A stretch of DNA of 64,000 bases from Felis catus (taxonomy: Eukaryota), in NCBI RefSeq assembly GCF_018350175.1, contig NC_058368.1, positions 130,698,001-130,762,000 on the forward strand, given 5' to 3'. Below are positions 13,505 to 26,013 of this stretch, piece after piece. Position 1 is the first letter of the stretch. Every line of letters starts with the position of its first letter. The notes beneath the pieces are model-generated. The model was not told where the DNA came from. It did not search any database and saw only the letters and a list, made by a program, of their open reading frames with translations. Made by a program: the position numbers and the translations under genes.

Positions 13505-13925
13505 AATGTGGAGGTGTCTTTTCCAAGGTCCAAATAGGAAACAAATGGCATCCTCACGTGGGTAGTTCAGAAGAGTTTAATAAAGCTCTATTTACAAAGC
13601 TGTGGAAAGTATTCAGGGAAACCAACAAAGGATGCTCTAGTATGCAGAGGCTAGCAACAGCCATTATTATGAGTAGATATGGCAATGCAAGAGGAAACCA
13701 CAGTCACTGGAATCCTCAAAAAGACTTTAGCATATGTAAAGGTCATCAGATAGGAGTTGTGTTTTTCCTGAAGGGAAATGAGATTACTTCCAAGTCGTAG
13801 GTCTGAGAGGGAGGGAACCAGAGGAATGAATACCCTTATCTCATTAATCTCCTCCTCTCCCTCATTTTCTGCTGGTGCCCTGCGATTGGCAAAGGCCAAC
13901 CAAAATCCAGAGACAAAGGTTCTGG
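13505..13925 (-). mobile_element. Old ERVL-class solo LTR (LTR16/LTR33-like)
   Basis: ggtccaaataggaaacaaatggca... and gccaaccaaaatccagagacaaagg motifs. Confidence 0.45.
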
Positions 13926-13974
13926 TACCTATAGGTGACTGATACTTTCTATTATGGTCACCTTCTGGTCACCT

Positions 13975-14207
13975 TTTTTTTTTTCCCAAAAAAATTTTTT
14001 TTGATGTTTATTTATTTTTGAGAGAGAGACAGAGCATGAGCAGGGGAGGAGCAGAGAGAGAGGGAAACACAGAATCTGAAGCAGGGTCCATCCAGGCTCT
14101 GAGCTGTCAGCCGAGAGCCAGATGCAGGGCTCAAACTCACGAACTCACAAACCATGAGATCATGACCTGAGCCACACGCTTAACTGACTGAGCCACCCAG
14201 GCACCCC
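13975..14207 (-). mobile_element. Carnivore SINE
   Basis: 17-bp TSD tattatggtcaccttct at 13950-13966 and 14208-14224. Confidence 0.95.
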
Positions 14208-14361
14208 TATTATGGTCACCTTCTTAAGCACAAATCAGGATAGAGACTAGCAGGGAATACACATGGAAATGCAAAATGCAGAATATGCAATACAGATGGA
14301 AATGAGAAGAGATTCTTTTAAAACTCAATCTTTTTCCTCAATTTTCAATGTTACATTATGA

Positions 14362-14441
14362 TTTTTAAATTTATTTTTTATTTTTAAATTTATTTAGGTT
14401 TATTTATTTTGAGAGAGAAAGAGTGCAAGCGGGGAAGGGGC

Positions 14442-14492
<51 letters not shown>

Positions 14493-14611
14493 CCCAAGCA
14501 GGCTCCAGACCACCAGTGCAGCGTCCAATGCGCGGCTCGAACTCCCAAACAGCAAGATCATGACCTGAGCAGAAGTCAGATGCTTAACCAACTGAGCCAA
14601 CCAGGTGCCCC
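14362..14611 (-). mobile_element. Carnivore SINE with expanded (GA)n
   Basis: TSD acattatga. Confidence 0.95.
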
Positions 14612-15115
14612 ACATTATGAATTTTTAAAATATGTGTTTTAGTATCAAATAGGCATATTGGAATACCAACTCTTTCCCTAATTGCTGTGTGACTTTAAAA
14701 ATATTACCTTAATGCCCCTAAACCTAGGCTTAATCATCATTAAAATACAGAGAGCAGTATTTATATAGTGGGATGGTAAATTATTACTCTTTCCCTCCCG
14801 TTTCAGTTGAAGCATCAAAAGCTAACCACAAAACAGTAAGTATCAGCTCTTCCACATTTGGAAGCAAGGTGTATGACTACCTGGTTAGAACTTACACAGA
14901 AGACTGGTCAAGACAGGTTTTGTGACCTTCAGCTCTTCATTAATCTGGAGAAGTTAATAGATGACTAATGGAAGAAGGGAAGAATTCTTTGGAGAGAAAT
15001 GTTGATCTTCTGTGCATTCTTGCCTTCCCGCCCGACCCCGCCCTGAAAAGGATGGACGGCCACATGCTGTTCTGTCACCTGGTACCCAGGGAAAGAGGGG
15101 TTTGAAAGAACTTAC

Positions 15116-15423
15116 TTGCAGAGTTTGCCATGGGCCTGTGGGAATTTAGGAAGTGTAAGATCTGGCACGATAAATTATGGCTGGGTCATCATGCTCTTCC
15201 TCTCACGTTCTAGTATTTCCAGAATGAGCACATGTTTGCTCTACTGTTTAATTCCTTTAATTTTCTGCTATTGATCATATCCCTTTCAAGTTTTATTGTT
15301 TTTGATGATGGCTCCTCACTCCTCAGCTCTTTCCTTAGTGGTTCTTTTCATCTCTTTTATCGTTGTTATTGTTCTTTTCTGGATGGTCCCTAACTTGGCT
15401 GCTGCAACTTTCTTGTGTGAAAA
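15116..15423 (-). pseudogene. Pseudo-exon (308 nt, phase 2/2 with one inferred 1-bp deletion)
   Basis: ttgtattcttctaAG ... CAA|GTAAGT; charged segment KEPLRKELRSEEPSSKTIKLERDMINSRKLKEL / SKHVLILEILERERKSMMTQP*FIVPDLTLPKFPQAHGKLC; 308 = 309-1. Confidence 0.7.
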
Positions 15424-15971
15424 CTTAGAAGAATACAATGAAATACAGATTTTCTCTTCCTTCACCACCTCTCTACCACACAAACAACAAACATACCCAC
15501 AAAGTAGGTTGCTCCAGCTGGAATCCACAATTTGTGTGTATTCAGAATATCTACATAGGTGCTAAAGAACACGTCTAGCACCAGAAATAAATGAAAAGTA
15601 AATGAAGGAACAAGATTTGATGAGCAGAAAAGTAAACAAACAATGAGGCTAAAGAAACCAAAAGGCTTTCTGTTTCTTCACTTTTCTGACTTCACAACAA
15701 CTAGAAACCATCTCCAACTGCTATTCCTTCTCTGTTCTACTCTGCTTTTGACACCTTTAGACATATTAGAAGCCACTAATGCAACGGTATATGTCATCTC
15801 TGTGACATAAACATGAATACACAAAAGGGTAATGAATCTTCAGCCACCAGCATAAGAGGCAACACTGAACTTCAGGGGTTGTTACGTATCACCTGAGTTT
15901 ATTACTTAAATCCAAGGGGTTGGGGACTCCCTAGAGTGACATCTTTTAGTATTAGTAAACCCATCAAAATT

Positions 15972-16165
15972 CTATTTTTATATTTTGCTAATTTTTTTTT
16001 AAGAGTGAGCATAAGCTGGGCAGAGGGAGAGATAGAGAGAGTCTTAAGCAGGTTCCTTGCTCAGCCCAGAGCCCAACACAGGGCTCTCACTCAGAACCCC
16101 AGGATCATGACCAGAGCCGAAATCAAGATGTAGACGCTCAACTTGCAGAGCCACCCAGGTGTCCC
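15972..16165 (-). mobile_element. Older carnivore SINE
   Basis: Diverged; ends ccacccaggtgtccc. Confidence 0.85.
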
Positions 16166-16367
16166 TTTGCTGATGTATTTTTTGACAAACTTAAGATATA
16201 TTCACATCCAGAATCACTGAATAACTACTATCTTTATATTTTCACAGATTAGCTGGTAGTTACAAAAAACACAATGAATTATTTTATTACATGGGTGACA
16301 GAATGATGTGACAAGGTAGTCCCCAAAACGGTAATATAAATGCTTCCATTTAAATAATTTAATCACA

Positions 16368-16575
16368 GGGGCGCCTGGGTGGCGTAGTCGGTTAAGCGTC
16401 CGACTTCAGCCAGGTCACGATCTCGCGGTCTGTGAGTTCGAGCCCCGCGTCGGGCTCTGGGCTGATGGCTCAGAGCCTGGAGCCTGTTTCTGATTCTGTG
16501 TCTCCCTCTCTCTCTGCCCCTCCCCCGTTCATGCTCTGTCTCTCTCTGTCCCAAAAATAAACTTGAAAAAAAAAA
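16368..16575 (+). mobile_element. Young felid SINE
   Basis: Perfect 18-bp TSD ttaaataatttaatcaca at 16350-16367 and 16576-16593. Confidence 0.97.
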
Positions 16576-17269
16576 TTAAATAATTTAATCACAATAGAAA
16601 TGGCTACAATTTATGTTTCTCATGCAGATGAAAAGCTATCATTGATTATTTCTGAGGGTTCTCTGTCTTGTCAGTGAGCTCCCTCAAAAGCATGGAATTC
16701 TGCCTCTTCTCAACCTCTGGCACTCTCCATGTCCCTTAGCACAGGACAATTAAGTAATAATGGCATCTCTTGAAGGACAACAACATAGTTACTGGAGGTA
16801 TTTGTTAAGGAAGTATTTGACAAAAGACAACTCTCAACCGTTGATATTTGTAAAATTTCATTTAAAATATGGATTAAATGTCTGATTTAGATCCTTGTCA
16901 CGTGATTTGGGATCCTTGTTAATGATTCTGTTAAATCAAAGTGTCAATGAGGAACTAATTTAGTAAGCAAGTGGATTATTTTAATCTAATGACACCAACA
17001 GCTTTGTCATAATTAGTTAGAAAGTGAATGGAATGAAGAACAAAATCCAAATAGTTTCTAAAAATCTTAGAACTAGAAATACAGACTTAGCTCCTAATAC
17101 AGGAGCCCAATATCTGCTACTAATTATATGGGAAAATATTATATAGCCCTTGATTAGTACTGAATTAACTCAAAAGATGGCAATAACTGATACTATATAA
17201 AATATGTCACACAAAATTGATTTTGATTATGTGATTTTGAGGAAACAAAGATGTGCAGAAGATGGTATT

Positions 17270-17780
17270 TTATGAAAATAACCAAAACAATGCCTCTCAT
17301 CCCACACATCGTTCTGAATCGTGACCTTGGCATTCCTTAATCAAGACATGGGACCTAATTCCCTCTCCTTTAATGTGGGCTGTCTTAGTGATTTGGATGA
17401 ATAATAAATTTAGATGGAAGGCATGCCCTGGTGTTTTTTCAACATTCCTTTTTAGAGTACTCTATCAGAACTTGACCTTGATATGAAAACTCTAAGTCAT
17501 GTGAAAACATCGTGTGTAGGCACATCAGTCAACCGCCAGAGCTGATCTCCCAGCTGAAAGCCAGCATCAACTACCGGCCTTGTGAATGCACCATTTTATA
17601 TACCCATCCCATGTGAACCTAGAAGACTGTGCTCCAAAAAATATTTTACTGCAAGGATGTGACAGACCTTAGGCAAGAACCATGCAGCTGATCCTAGTCA
17701 ATCCAAAGAACCACAAATAATAATAAAGTGTTGTAAACTACTAAATTTTGGGATGGCTATGTAACAGTAAGGAACAGAAA
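17270..17780 (+). mobile_element. MaLR LTR (MLT1H-like)
   Basis: agccagcatcaactacc...ctactaaattttgggatgg. Confidence 0.65.
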
Positions 17781-17967
17781 CCTTTGATTAGAGAACTGAT
17801 AACATATTTTTTATTTCCTCTGGTTTATTTTTTGTTTAACTCCAATTTCCCCATGATAATATGGCCTTCCTTTTAACAGCACCTAAATTATTTATTTTTA
17901 ATATTCTAGTCAGGATTGATGTTTACATATTCTGGAAGACATTAATTTTTATTGATCTAATACATAC

Positions 17968-18068
17968 TTATCTCTCAGGTAGTAATTTTTTTTCTGTTTT
18001 CGCATCAGAATATTTAAAAATTCACATGAAAGGAATTTGTTTCCAGACAGTTCAGTCAAAGAGAGGAA
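17968..18068 (-). pseudogene. Pseudo-exon (101 nt, phase 0/2, fully open)
   Basis: gagtttttcAG ... TAA|GTATGT; FLSLTELSGNKFLSCEFLNILMRKQKKNYYLRD. Confidence 0.7.
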
Positions 18069-18234
18069 CTGAAAAACTCATTTATATTATTATTTTAAAA
18101 AGATACTTTTTTTGAAACTGCTTCTATTCTGTGAATTGTTCTTAGCCTATGTAATGATGGGACTCTTTCCTATATATCACTTAAGGAAAATATAGTAATA
18201 AGGGAGTTTAACAATATCATTTTTTGACATTTTA

Positions 18235-18461
18235 TTTATTTTTTTTTAATTTTTTTTTCAACGTTTATTTATTTTTGGGACAGAGAGAGACAGAGCATGA
18301 ACGGGGCAGGGGCAGAGAGAGAGGGAGACACAGAATCGGAAACAGGCTCCAGGCTCTGAGCCATCAGCCCAGAGCCTGACGCGGGGCTCGAACTCACAGA
18401 CCGCGAGATCGTGACCTGGCTGAATTCGGACGCTTAACCGACTGCGCCACCCAGGCGCCCC
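18235..18461 (-). mobile_element. Young felid SINE about 30 bp inside a pseudo-intron
   Basis: TSD ttgacatttta at 18224-18234 and 18462-18472. Confidence 0.97.
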
Positions 18462-18491
18462 TTGACATTTTAAATATGGATAATAACTTAC

Positions 18492-18680
18492 CATTTTCAA
18501 AGATAACTATTCATTATAATTTGATAGGTATTTCAATGGTTTCTGCTCAGGTAATACTGAAAATTGAAAATTGATTTCTGATTTCACTTAAAAGAGGAAC
18601 AATATCTCATTTTTCCTGAGTGTTGATTCATACACACATCTTTCCAGAAATATTACTCAATATATATTCTTTCCAGGGGT
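18492..18680 (-). pseudogene. Pseudo-exon (189 nt; 182 nt after removing a 7-bp duplication; phase 1/0)
   Basis: cttgttccttttatcatAG ... ATG|GTAAGT; PWKEYILSNISGKMCV*INTQEK*DIVPLLSEIRNQFSVLPEQKPLKYLSNYNE*LSLKM. Confidence 0.75.
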
Positions 18681-18982
18681 CTATGATAAAAGGAACAAGT
18701 TACTATTTCCTCATTATTTCCAAAACAGCTTTATTTCTTGAATGATACTTTCTTTATAAAGAGAAAAAATGAAAACGGCATTTATAGTTTTATTTGTATT
18801 TTTGTAATTCTATAACCAATAGTAAGAATTAACATTTAACTGTCTCTTGGCCATTTCAAAACTAGTTTCCAGTTTTTGAAATTTGTACTAAATGTGTATA
18901 TTTCAAAAACAAGATACTACAGAAAAACACTAAGAAAAATATCTTTCCACTCAATAATGATATAACCCTATTATATTATATA

Positions 18983-20810
18983 TGATGACTTTGGGTGTGT
19001 CAACTCAGTTAAAGTGAACTAAGTCTCAGAATTCTCTTTTACTACATTTCCAGTTGGAGAGAGCTACAGAGGATATTCTCTTCCAATATAGATGGAAAAT
19101 AAAAGAGAGGTAAGAACATTGTGTTACATATACATACCTTCTCTCAGTTTTTCCATCAAACACTAATCTAGGGGCTTCTGTGAAATGATTTTGAAGATTT
19201 GATTAAAGCCTCTAATCAGTTTAATTAAAAGGGACATTGTCCTGGGCAGGTTTTACTTAACCAGCTGGAGGCCTTTAAACATTTCCCAAAGGGAGAGATT
19301 CCCCCCACTGGACAAGCTTCAGATTGTGTGTGGGTTTCTAGATGACTTACAATCTTTTCTTCCTGATCGCCTGACTTAAGGACTTCAGACTTATTTAGTT
19401 TATTTAGCACCCACAATTGCATAAATCAACACCTTTTAATAAATCCTTTATATTTGTATCTGTATTACTCTATGTTTATTTTAATATTCATCTATATCTC
19501 TGTTACCTATTTCTCCTACTGAATCTGCTTGCTTGGATGAACCCTGACTGATCTAGAATTTGGTGTTGGAAGCGGTTGTAGGGAAACAGTCTTAAGAATG
19601 ATTTCTCTGAATTGATTGTGGGATTTCTGGAAGCGGTGCTCTTACCTGATGTGATTTAAAGAAAAAGCAACCTTTTTATCTACTGGTAAAGAAGTCAAAG
19701 TTTACACCTATAGCAATGAGACACTGAACAAACATTTTCTATTTTAGAATATTTTTGTCAAAATGAGGAGTATAATGGTATTTGTTGGATGCTTTGGGTG
19801 CTGGAGAAATCAGGGAAGAAAATGCTGAGCTTAGGGCTTCAAATTCCCAGCTTTAGTTCCACATTAATGACCTGAAAATTTCTCTAATTTCACTGAGACA
19901 TAAATAATTTGCATGAAGATGTGGCCTAAATGCCCACAACCTTGTTGTACTTCCTTCTCTTTCTCAGACCAGACCTATGGACTCCTAGAAAGTCCATGGA
20001 TTGGACCCCCTCCAATCAACTGACTAAGGAAGAAAAACTCATGTCTGTCTCACAGAAGCTCTGCATGAAATGGAGGCACTATACAAAAGCAAACATCTGT
20101 AGCAGTAAAGCGCCACTGTGGGACAACCCAAAAAGGAAGTAGAGGGAGATCCTTGTAGTGGGTAGAAATCAGGTAGTGCATGAGGTTTTCCATTGTGTTT
20201 GAGAGATGGCCAGAAGTATGAATCTATATTGATTTATGGATTTTTGCCAATGATTTGGCTTGATAGGGACTTTGAAAGAAAACTGATGACAAGGAGATAT
20301 GGGGAGGGAGCAGGAGGGTACCTCTCTGTATACACACAGAATGTAGAGATATTTCTGCCCCATTTGAATGTTTACCACAGGTTGATATAGTCAGAGAAAG
20401 ATCTATGTTATCAAGTGGCTAGAATGACGTGTTTTGTGGCTACCGCTAAGACCCTTTCCCAGCCTCTTCTCTCAGTGTCCAATAGGCTCAAGAACACAGT
20501 GGCCAGGTGCAAGGGATGAGTCAGGCATGGGCTCACCGACCACGACTTGCACTCATTGAGTGCAATACCTGACTGTAGCCAGTGCCAAGTGCCCCAACTC
20601 TGAGCACCAACGCTGATCTGGCACCATTTCTTGAGTTGAATACCTACCTACATGATGGCAGGTTGATTACACTGGACCACTTTCTGATGGAAGCAGCAGC
20701 ACCTTGCTCTTACTGGAATAGACACTCACTCCAGATGTAGATAGGCTTTCCAGGCTGCAATGTTTCTGCCCAAACTACCAACCAGGGACATAGACAATGC
20801 TCTGTCCACT
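18983..20810 (+). mobile_element. ERVL relic: MLT2-type LTR (~18983-19555) plus deleted internal region
   Basis: tgtgtcaact LTR start, gaaccctgact LTR end, then ttggtgttggaagcgg (PBS-like) and pol/integrase-like remnants (tggcaggttgattacactggaccac = WQVDYTGP). Confidence 0.75.
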
Positions 20811-21184
20811 CCCCTGTTATTTTACTTCTCTGGATGAACTGTGACTTATGCACTATATTCAACTTTCATGCCCTCTTTATAATCATGTGCAAAGCTACTA
20901 TTTTCTGCATGTTTCATTTTGTGATATGTACAAGCAAAGTCTCATTTCTGAAATTATTTAAATCCACCCAGTATGTTTCTAACTCCCTTCCACCAACATT
21001 GACTAAGTCATGTGTCCATTTTTTGTAGTCCTGCAGCCTACATTGGCTCATTTAAGAACAGGACCTAAACTCTTAGGAAAGAAGGTCTCCCACGCTTCCA
21101 TCTTTCAGGCAGAAAACGTCGTTTTGTCCAACTGTTTTTCTTTTTTCTTTGCTTTCTGCTTCTGTATAATATGACTCACACCTT

Positions 21185-21640
21185 GTTAGGGTTCAATGAT
21201 GCCCCGCCCCTAATATATTGAAGTTCTAGGCCTCAGTTCCTCCTAAAGTGACCTCTTTAGGAAATCTAATCAATTCAGAGATAATGAGTTAAGTAAGATG
21301 AGCTCATACTTTTGTAGGATGGGCCCTTAATTGGATATGATTAGTATTCTTATAAAATGGGGGAAATGTGGACACGGGCATGCACAAGGAGAGAATATCA
21401 TATAAGAATGAAAGCAGAGATCAGGGAGATACTTCTACAAGCAAAAAATGACAAAATTTGTCAAGCAAACCACAGGAAGGTAGGTGAGATGCATGAAACA
21501 ATTCTCTCTCACAACCTTCAGGAGGAAGCAACTCTGCCACTATCTTGCTCTCCCACCCCACCCTCCCTAATTCGAGACAGTACATTTCTATTGTGTAAGC
21601 CACCTAGTTTTATTGTTAAGGCAACACTAGACAACGAATT
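21185..21640 (+). mobile_element. MaLR LTR (MLT1B/C-like)
   Basis: gggcccttaattggatatgattagtattcttataaaa...tttctattgtgtaagccacctagtt. Confidence 0.75.
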
Positions 21641-21738
21641 CAGGCTTGAATAAGGGAGAGGACATGACCTCAAATTTATGGGTTCTACACAACAAATTTA
21701 CCAGAGAACCTACGGAGGGATGGTGTGTTATCCAATAC

Positions 21739-21818
21739 CTGGCATTCACAGCTAGCAGAACACAACACAGAGATATGTATCTCTATGTATCTACGCTTCC
21801 CATGAACACAGCTCAGAC
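21739..21818 (-). pseudogene. Pseudo-exon (80 nt, phase 2/1)
   Basis: tctcttttcttcAG ... CAG|GTATTG; SELCSWEA*IHRDTYLCVVFC*L*MP; phases match both neighbours. Confidence 0.65.
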
Positions 21819-23154
21819 CTGAAGAAAAGAGATGTCCACGGATTATGAGTGTATCTTGGGAAGAAAGGTAACTGCATCCAAATACCATGCAAGTTTGTGA
21901 GCTGGGGATAGGCACTACTTCAGTGGGCAAAAAGCAAAGAGAAGTGGAATTACTTTAGATTAAAAAAAAGAAGGAATTGAAAGCCTATCAAATCCTATTT
22001 CTCCATGTAAGTGTAACAGATTTTAAAAAGCTATGTTTATATTTATTTATTCTTTTACTATTTTTTTTACCATTTATTATTTATTTATTTTTTTGCTACT
22101 TATTTACCACTTTCTATCGCTATGTATTTATTTTCCTTCTTGTACTATCTGTAGTTCCAGAAATACTCACCAAGAAAAAGGATTAGAACAATTAAAATAC
22201 AAAATGGGGTAACAATGTGAATACTCACTGAGCCTAAAACAGCAAAGAATAGCAAATCACAGTGTTTAAAAGTTGGCAAATATCATAAACACCTCAAAAT
22301 AGCACAATATAAATATGTTTTATTATGAAGCGCCTCACGTACTTCTATAATACTTTCATTCTTCCACTTTTGGCTGTTTATTTTTCAATCAGCTCTTCAT
22401 CTGACAGCAATTTTTAAACACCATGGAAAAAAATTTAAGTTAGTTAAAACTTTTTCTGGTGGCATTAAACATTTTTTTTTAATTACTGAAATTTAGAGTG
22501 GTTTCTCTCAGTTTTACAACGTATAATTGGAAATGTCATTTGGTGCTAAGATTGTTGTAAAATTTGAAGAAATCTCTATCACTTTCTTTTAGAGACAAGA
22601 CATAAGGTCTTGGGACACTTCACATTTTCTTGTTCAGTAACTCGTCTTTACTGTCCATGCCCTCTCCAGAAAGTCCTATTATGAGTCCTGTGTCATGAAA
22701 AACCAAATTGTTTTCCTTCAATAAAATCATTTCTCCTCCTGACAAGCCATTGGGAAAATGTTCAGAACTAAGAGAAGTCAGATAATTCATTACAACGAAG
22801 CTGCTGCAAACCATTTTTGCATCCACTTGTCTGTAAAAATTGTGGGGTTCTAAATTATTTCTTATATGTCCCTTCATTTTGTGTGTGTGTCCTGTTTTCG
22901 AGGGTTCTGGTTTTTTTAAATCTTTATTCCTTCTGTTGTCATTTTTATTATCTATACTTCCTTAGAAATTAACTGTTTTTCTTATCCTCATGATTTCAAC
23001 CATCAGATTTTTGGTTTTGTTTCCTTTTTTGGTTTCTACTTTAATATATGAATTTTATTCAATACATAAAGTCTGTTATGACTAAAAATTCTGGAAGAGC
23101 ATATAAAGTTTTGGGGAGGATTTTAATGTCAAGTCGGTTACAGTGAAAGCTATT

Positions 23155-23348
23155 TTTTTAATAAACAAACATTTTTTATGTTTATTTTTGAGAGGGAAGA
23201 GAGGGAAGAGACAGAGGGAGACAGAGGGTCCCATGTGGGCTCTGCACTGACAACAGTGAGCCCAGTGTGAGGCTCAAACTCATGAACTGTGAGATTATGA
23301 CCCGAGTCAAAGTCAGACACTTAACTGACTGAGGCACCTAGGTGCCCC
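23155..23348 (-). mobile_element. Carnivore SINE
   Basis: Ends ggcacctaggtgcccc. Confidence 0.9.
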
Positions 23349-23364
23349 TATAGTGAGATCTATT

Positions 23365-23895
23365 TTTCCCCAGAATCTCCTTCTCTGTCTGGTTCAGGAT
23401 TTGACAACGCCACAAGGGAAGGTAGGCAAAATTTGAGAGGCATAAATGAACTATCAGTCATTATTATCTGAGGTCATCATTGTTCAGAGCCTGTGAAAGA
23501 CAGATATAGAGGTATAGGCAGGTTCTACTTCGTCATCACTCTTCCAGATGCCAAGCCCAGCTCTCTTTACATGTGGTCCTGTTGAGCAACCTCAAAACCA
23601 CCACCTGATACTTAACTGTGAACTTAGAACAGTGGTGGTCACAAAGAACTAAAAATCTTTCCATCAGCCTTAAGAATCTCACTGTAGGAACTCTGTGTGC
23701 CTCATTTTCAGATTTGTTCACTTGTGCCAAGACTGGTGGGTAACATTTTTATGATCTTTTAATTTCCACTTTTGGACTTTTATTTCACCCGTATCTGCAA
23801 TAGTTAAGCAAGTTGTAATACCTGTCATAAATTCTATATTCCTCAATATGCATAGTGGTTCTTCTTCCCTGATTAAATCACTACTGACATACGAA
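23365..23895 (+). mobile_element. MLT2-like LTR relic, followed by a partial SINE at ~23954-24045
   Basis: ccccagaatctcc...agtggttcttcttccctgattaaatcactactgacata. Confidence 0.55.
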
Positions 23896-24560
23896 ATTAA
23901 CCAGAAATTATCCCACAAGAGTAGGTCAGGTGTATTTCAAAATTACTGCTCCAGGGGTGCCTCAGTGGGTTATTTGGGTGAACATTTGACTCTTGATTTT
24001 GGTTCAGGTCATGATCTCATAGGTTCATGGGATCGAGCCCCATGTTGTTTTTGTAATCAGATCCCTTTTATCCTACATACCTTGATTTATTGATAAATAT
24101 GTGTAAAAGTGTTGCCCCTGATACACCTTTGACAGAGCAAAGAGTCCTGGGTTAATGCCGTGCTATTTTATCAGGATGCTATTTTCAGATGCTATTTTAT
24201 CAGGAAATTTCATAATTCTTCAGAATGAAATGCACCAAATGTGCTAAGATGAAATCCACAAGTAGGGATGCATAAAGCATGCTGCTCTACATATAGGAAG
24301 ACGCACTAGACACTTTTGTAGTATTGTTACTGGTTTGTATTCTATAAATAGCAAAATACTAACAGATTCTATTTCACAGGATTCTCAATAATAAAGAGGG
24401 GAAAAGTCTGGTATGTTTCTATATATGTAATTGGAGTGTATGCATTCTTGATAAGAGAGAATGACTCTGTTAGCTAGCTCAATGGAATCTGATTCTTCTT
24501 TTTATAGTTTGATATAGCTATTCATTGGAAGAATTTTACACAGAATTTCTGGCTTCATAC

Positions 24561-24825
24561 ATTTTGAACATTATTTCCCTTTCTTTGCCCATATATTTTT
24601 GGGACATGTGCAATAGAATGCTTTTGTGTCCCTATGCTGCCTCTGGTCCTGCACCTTTTAGCCTTGAAGCTGCGTGAATCAGCATACCAGGCATTAGGAA
24701 TATTGTTCGAAGCTGTTCCAACACTGGCAAGACAACTGATTGCTTGGGTAGGTAAGGAAGTGACTGTCAACCACTAGATATATGCCGTAAAGCCAAAGGT
24801 AAACTATTCTCAACTCAACAACTAT
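24561..24825 (-). pseudogene. Pseudo-exon (265 nt, phase 1/2)
   Basis: catttgcAG ... AAT|GTATGA; one frame with 3 stops: SC*VENSLPLALRHISSG*QSLPYLPKQSVVLPVLEQLRTIFLMPGMLIHAASRLKGAGPEAA*GHKSILLHMSQKYMGKEREIMFK. Confidence 0.65.
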
Positions 24826-25853
24826 CTGCAAATGCTCTTAATGCTTAATTATGACCTTCAGTGCTATTGTATATTTATAGTATATCTTACTGTGTATAGT
24901 TGATTTTATGATTTCATATGTTTAGTACTTCATTGCATTGATTCTTTTTTGTTTTGTTTTAGGCCTCCTGTACCTGCAGTAAGGGAAAATCAAGTTTTAT
25001 TATTATTCCTATGCTAATGCAATAAAATTTTCCCAGCCCACTCTTTAACAAGGGTGCCATTCTTTAAGAATCCAGACTTCATGTAGTTTTCTGTTCTTGC
25101 TTCTCACATCCTATGGACGCCTGGCCTCCTGTCCCATGCCCGGGTCTTGCTAAGACTCTGGTTACCAGGACCAACCACCATAACACCTGTCGCTACCACT
25201 GTGGCAGCCGATTAAGTGTCATTTTTAAACCGGCAGCTATGATTACTGGTTCTTTCTAGTTTCTGACACCTGGGCATTTTTCTTTCCTTTCAGTGAGCCC
25301 AGTAATATATTGAAAAGTATTTACAATCATTATTTTTTCCAGCCAACATTTTTATGAGGTTGTACTAAAGCATTTCAGGGTACCCAGGCTGCTGTACTTT
25401 TAGAACCAAAAGCCCATGAACCTCAGTTTAAACATGTCCACATGAACACTAATTTTCTGGATATACATAGTGCTCTGCGAGATGTTACACCAGAATGACA
25501 TCTGGGAAATTAATGCTCTCCAGAGTACTGTGTACAAAATAGATATTCAACAAATGCAAACTGAAACATGTTTGTTGAAGATAATTAAGAGCAGTAAATT
25601 CAATGTGAGGGCCTAGGGTTAAGTACACTTTGGTGCATTTGGGTGAGTTCAAGAGAGTACTTGGATATATACCAGGAAAACATGCCCTGGGAATTACACA
25701 TACAAAAGGTGAAGAAAATAATGATCTAGAACTGATGCCCCAAATTAGCCAAGTGGATGTTCACACTATAATTCATTTCTTTCTGGGGGCAAAGAACTAC
25801 TACCAAGTTTCATATCGGACAGGAACAATGACTCCAACAACTCCATGTGTTAC

Positions 25854-26013
25854 CGACTTTGGAAGAAAGGGACTTGTGCTCCAAGATTTCACAATAGAAA
25901 ATGTCAGCTGCATAAACACTGTCACTTAGAATTTTACTGTAAGATCCAAGCATCTCTAAAAATGTCCTCCTCCTTTTGCAAAACAAAGATAACTTGGTTT
26001 TAATCTCACAAGG
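25854..26013 (-). pseudogene. Candidate pseudo-exon (160 nt, phase 0/1, open)
   Basis: 53 open codons PCEIKTKLSLFCKRRRTFLEMLGSYSKILSDSVYAADIFYCEILEHKSLSSKV; splice sites moderate and alternative boundaries are possible. Confidence 0.5.

Noticed and set aside
15116..15131. ATGGCAAACTCTGCAA|GTAAGT as a first coding exon (MANSA...)
   Set aside because: Phase 1 leads to a stop in the next exon and no promoter or CpG island is nearby; the HGKLC frame fits both neighbours better.
22620..22877. 85-aa minus-strand ORF
   Set aside because: No convincing splice boundaries, and the flanking exons already join in phase without it; it may be old repeat sequence.
12876..24825. All stop codons can be reverted by T-to-C (CGA/CAA/CAG)
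   Set aside because: This is true of every stop codon, so it is not evidence of deamination or RNA editing.
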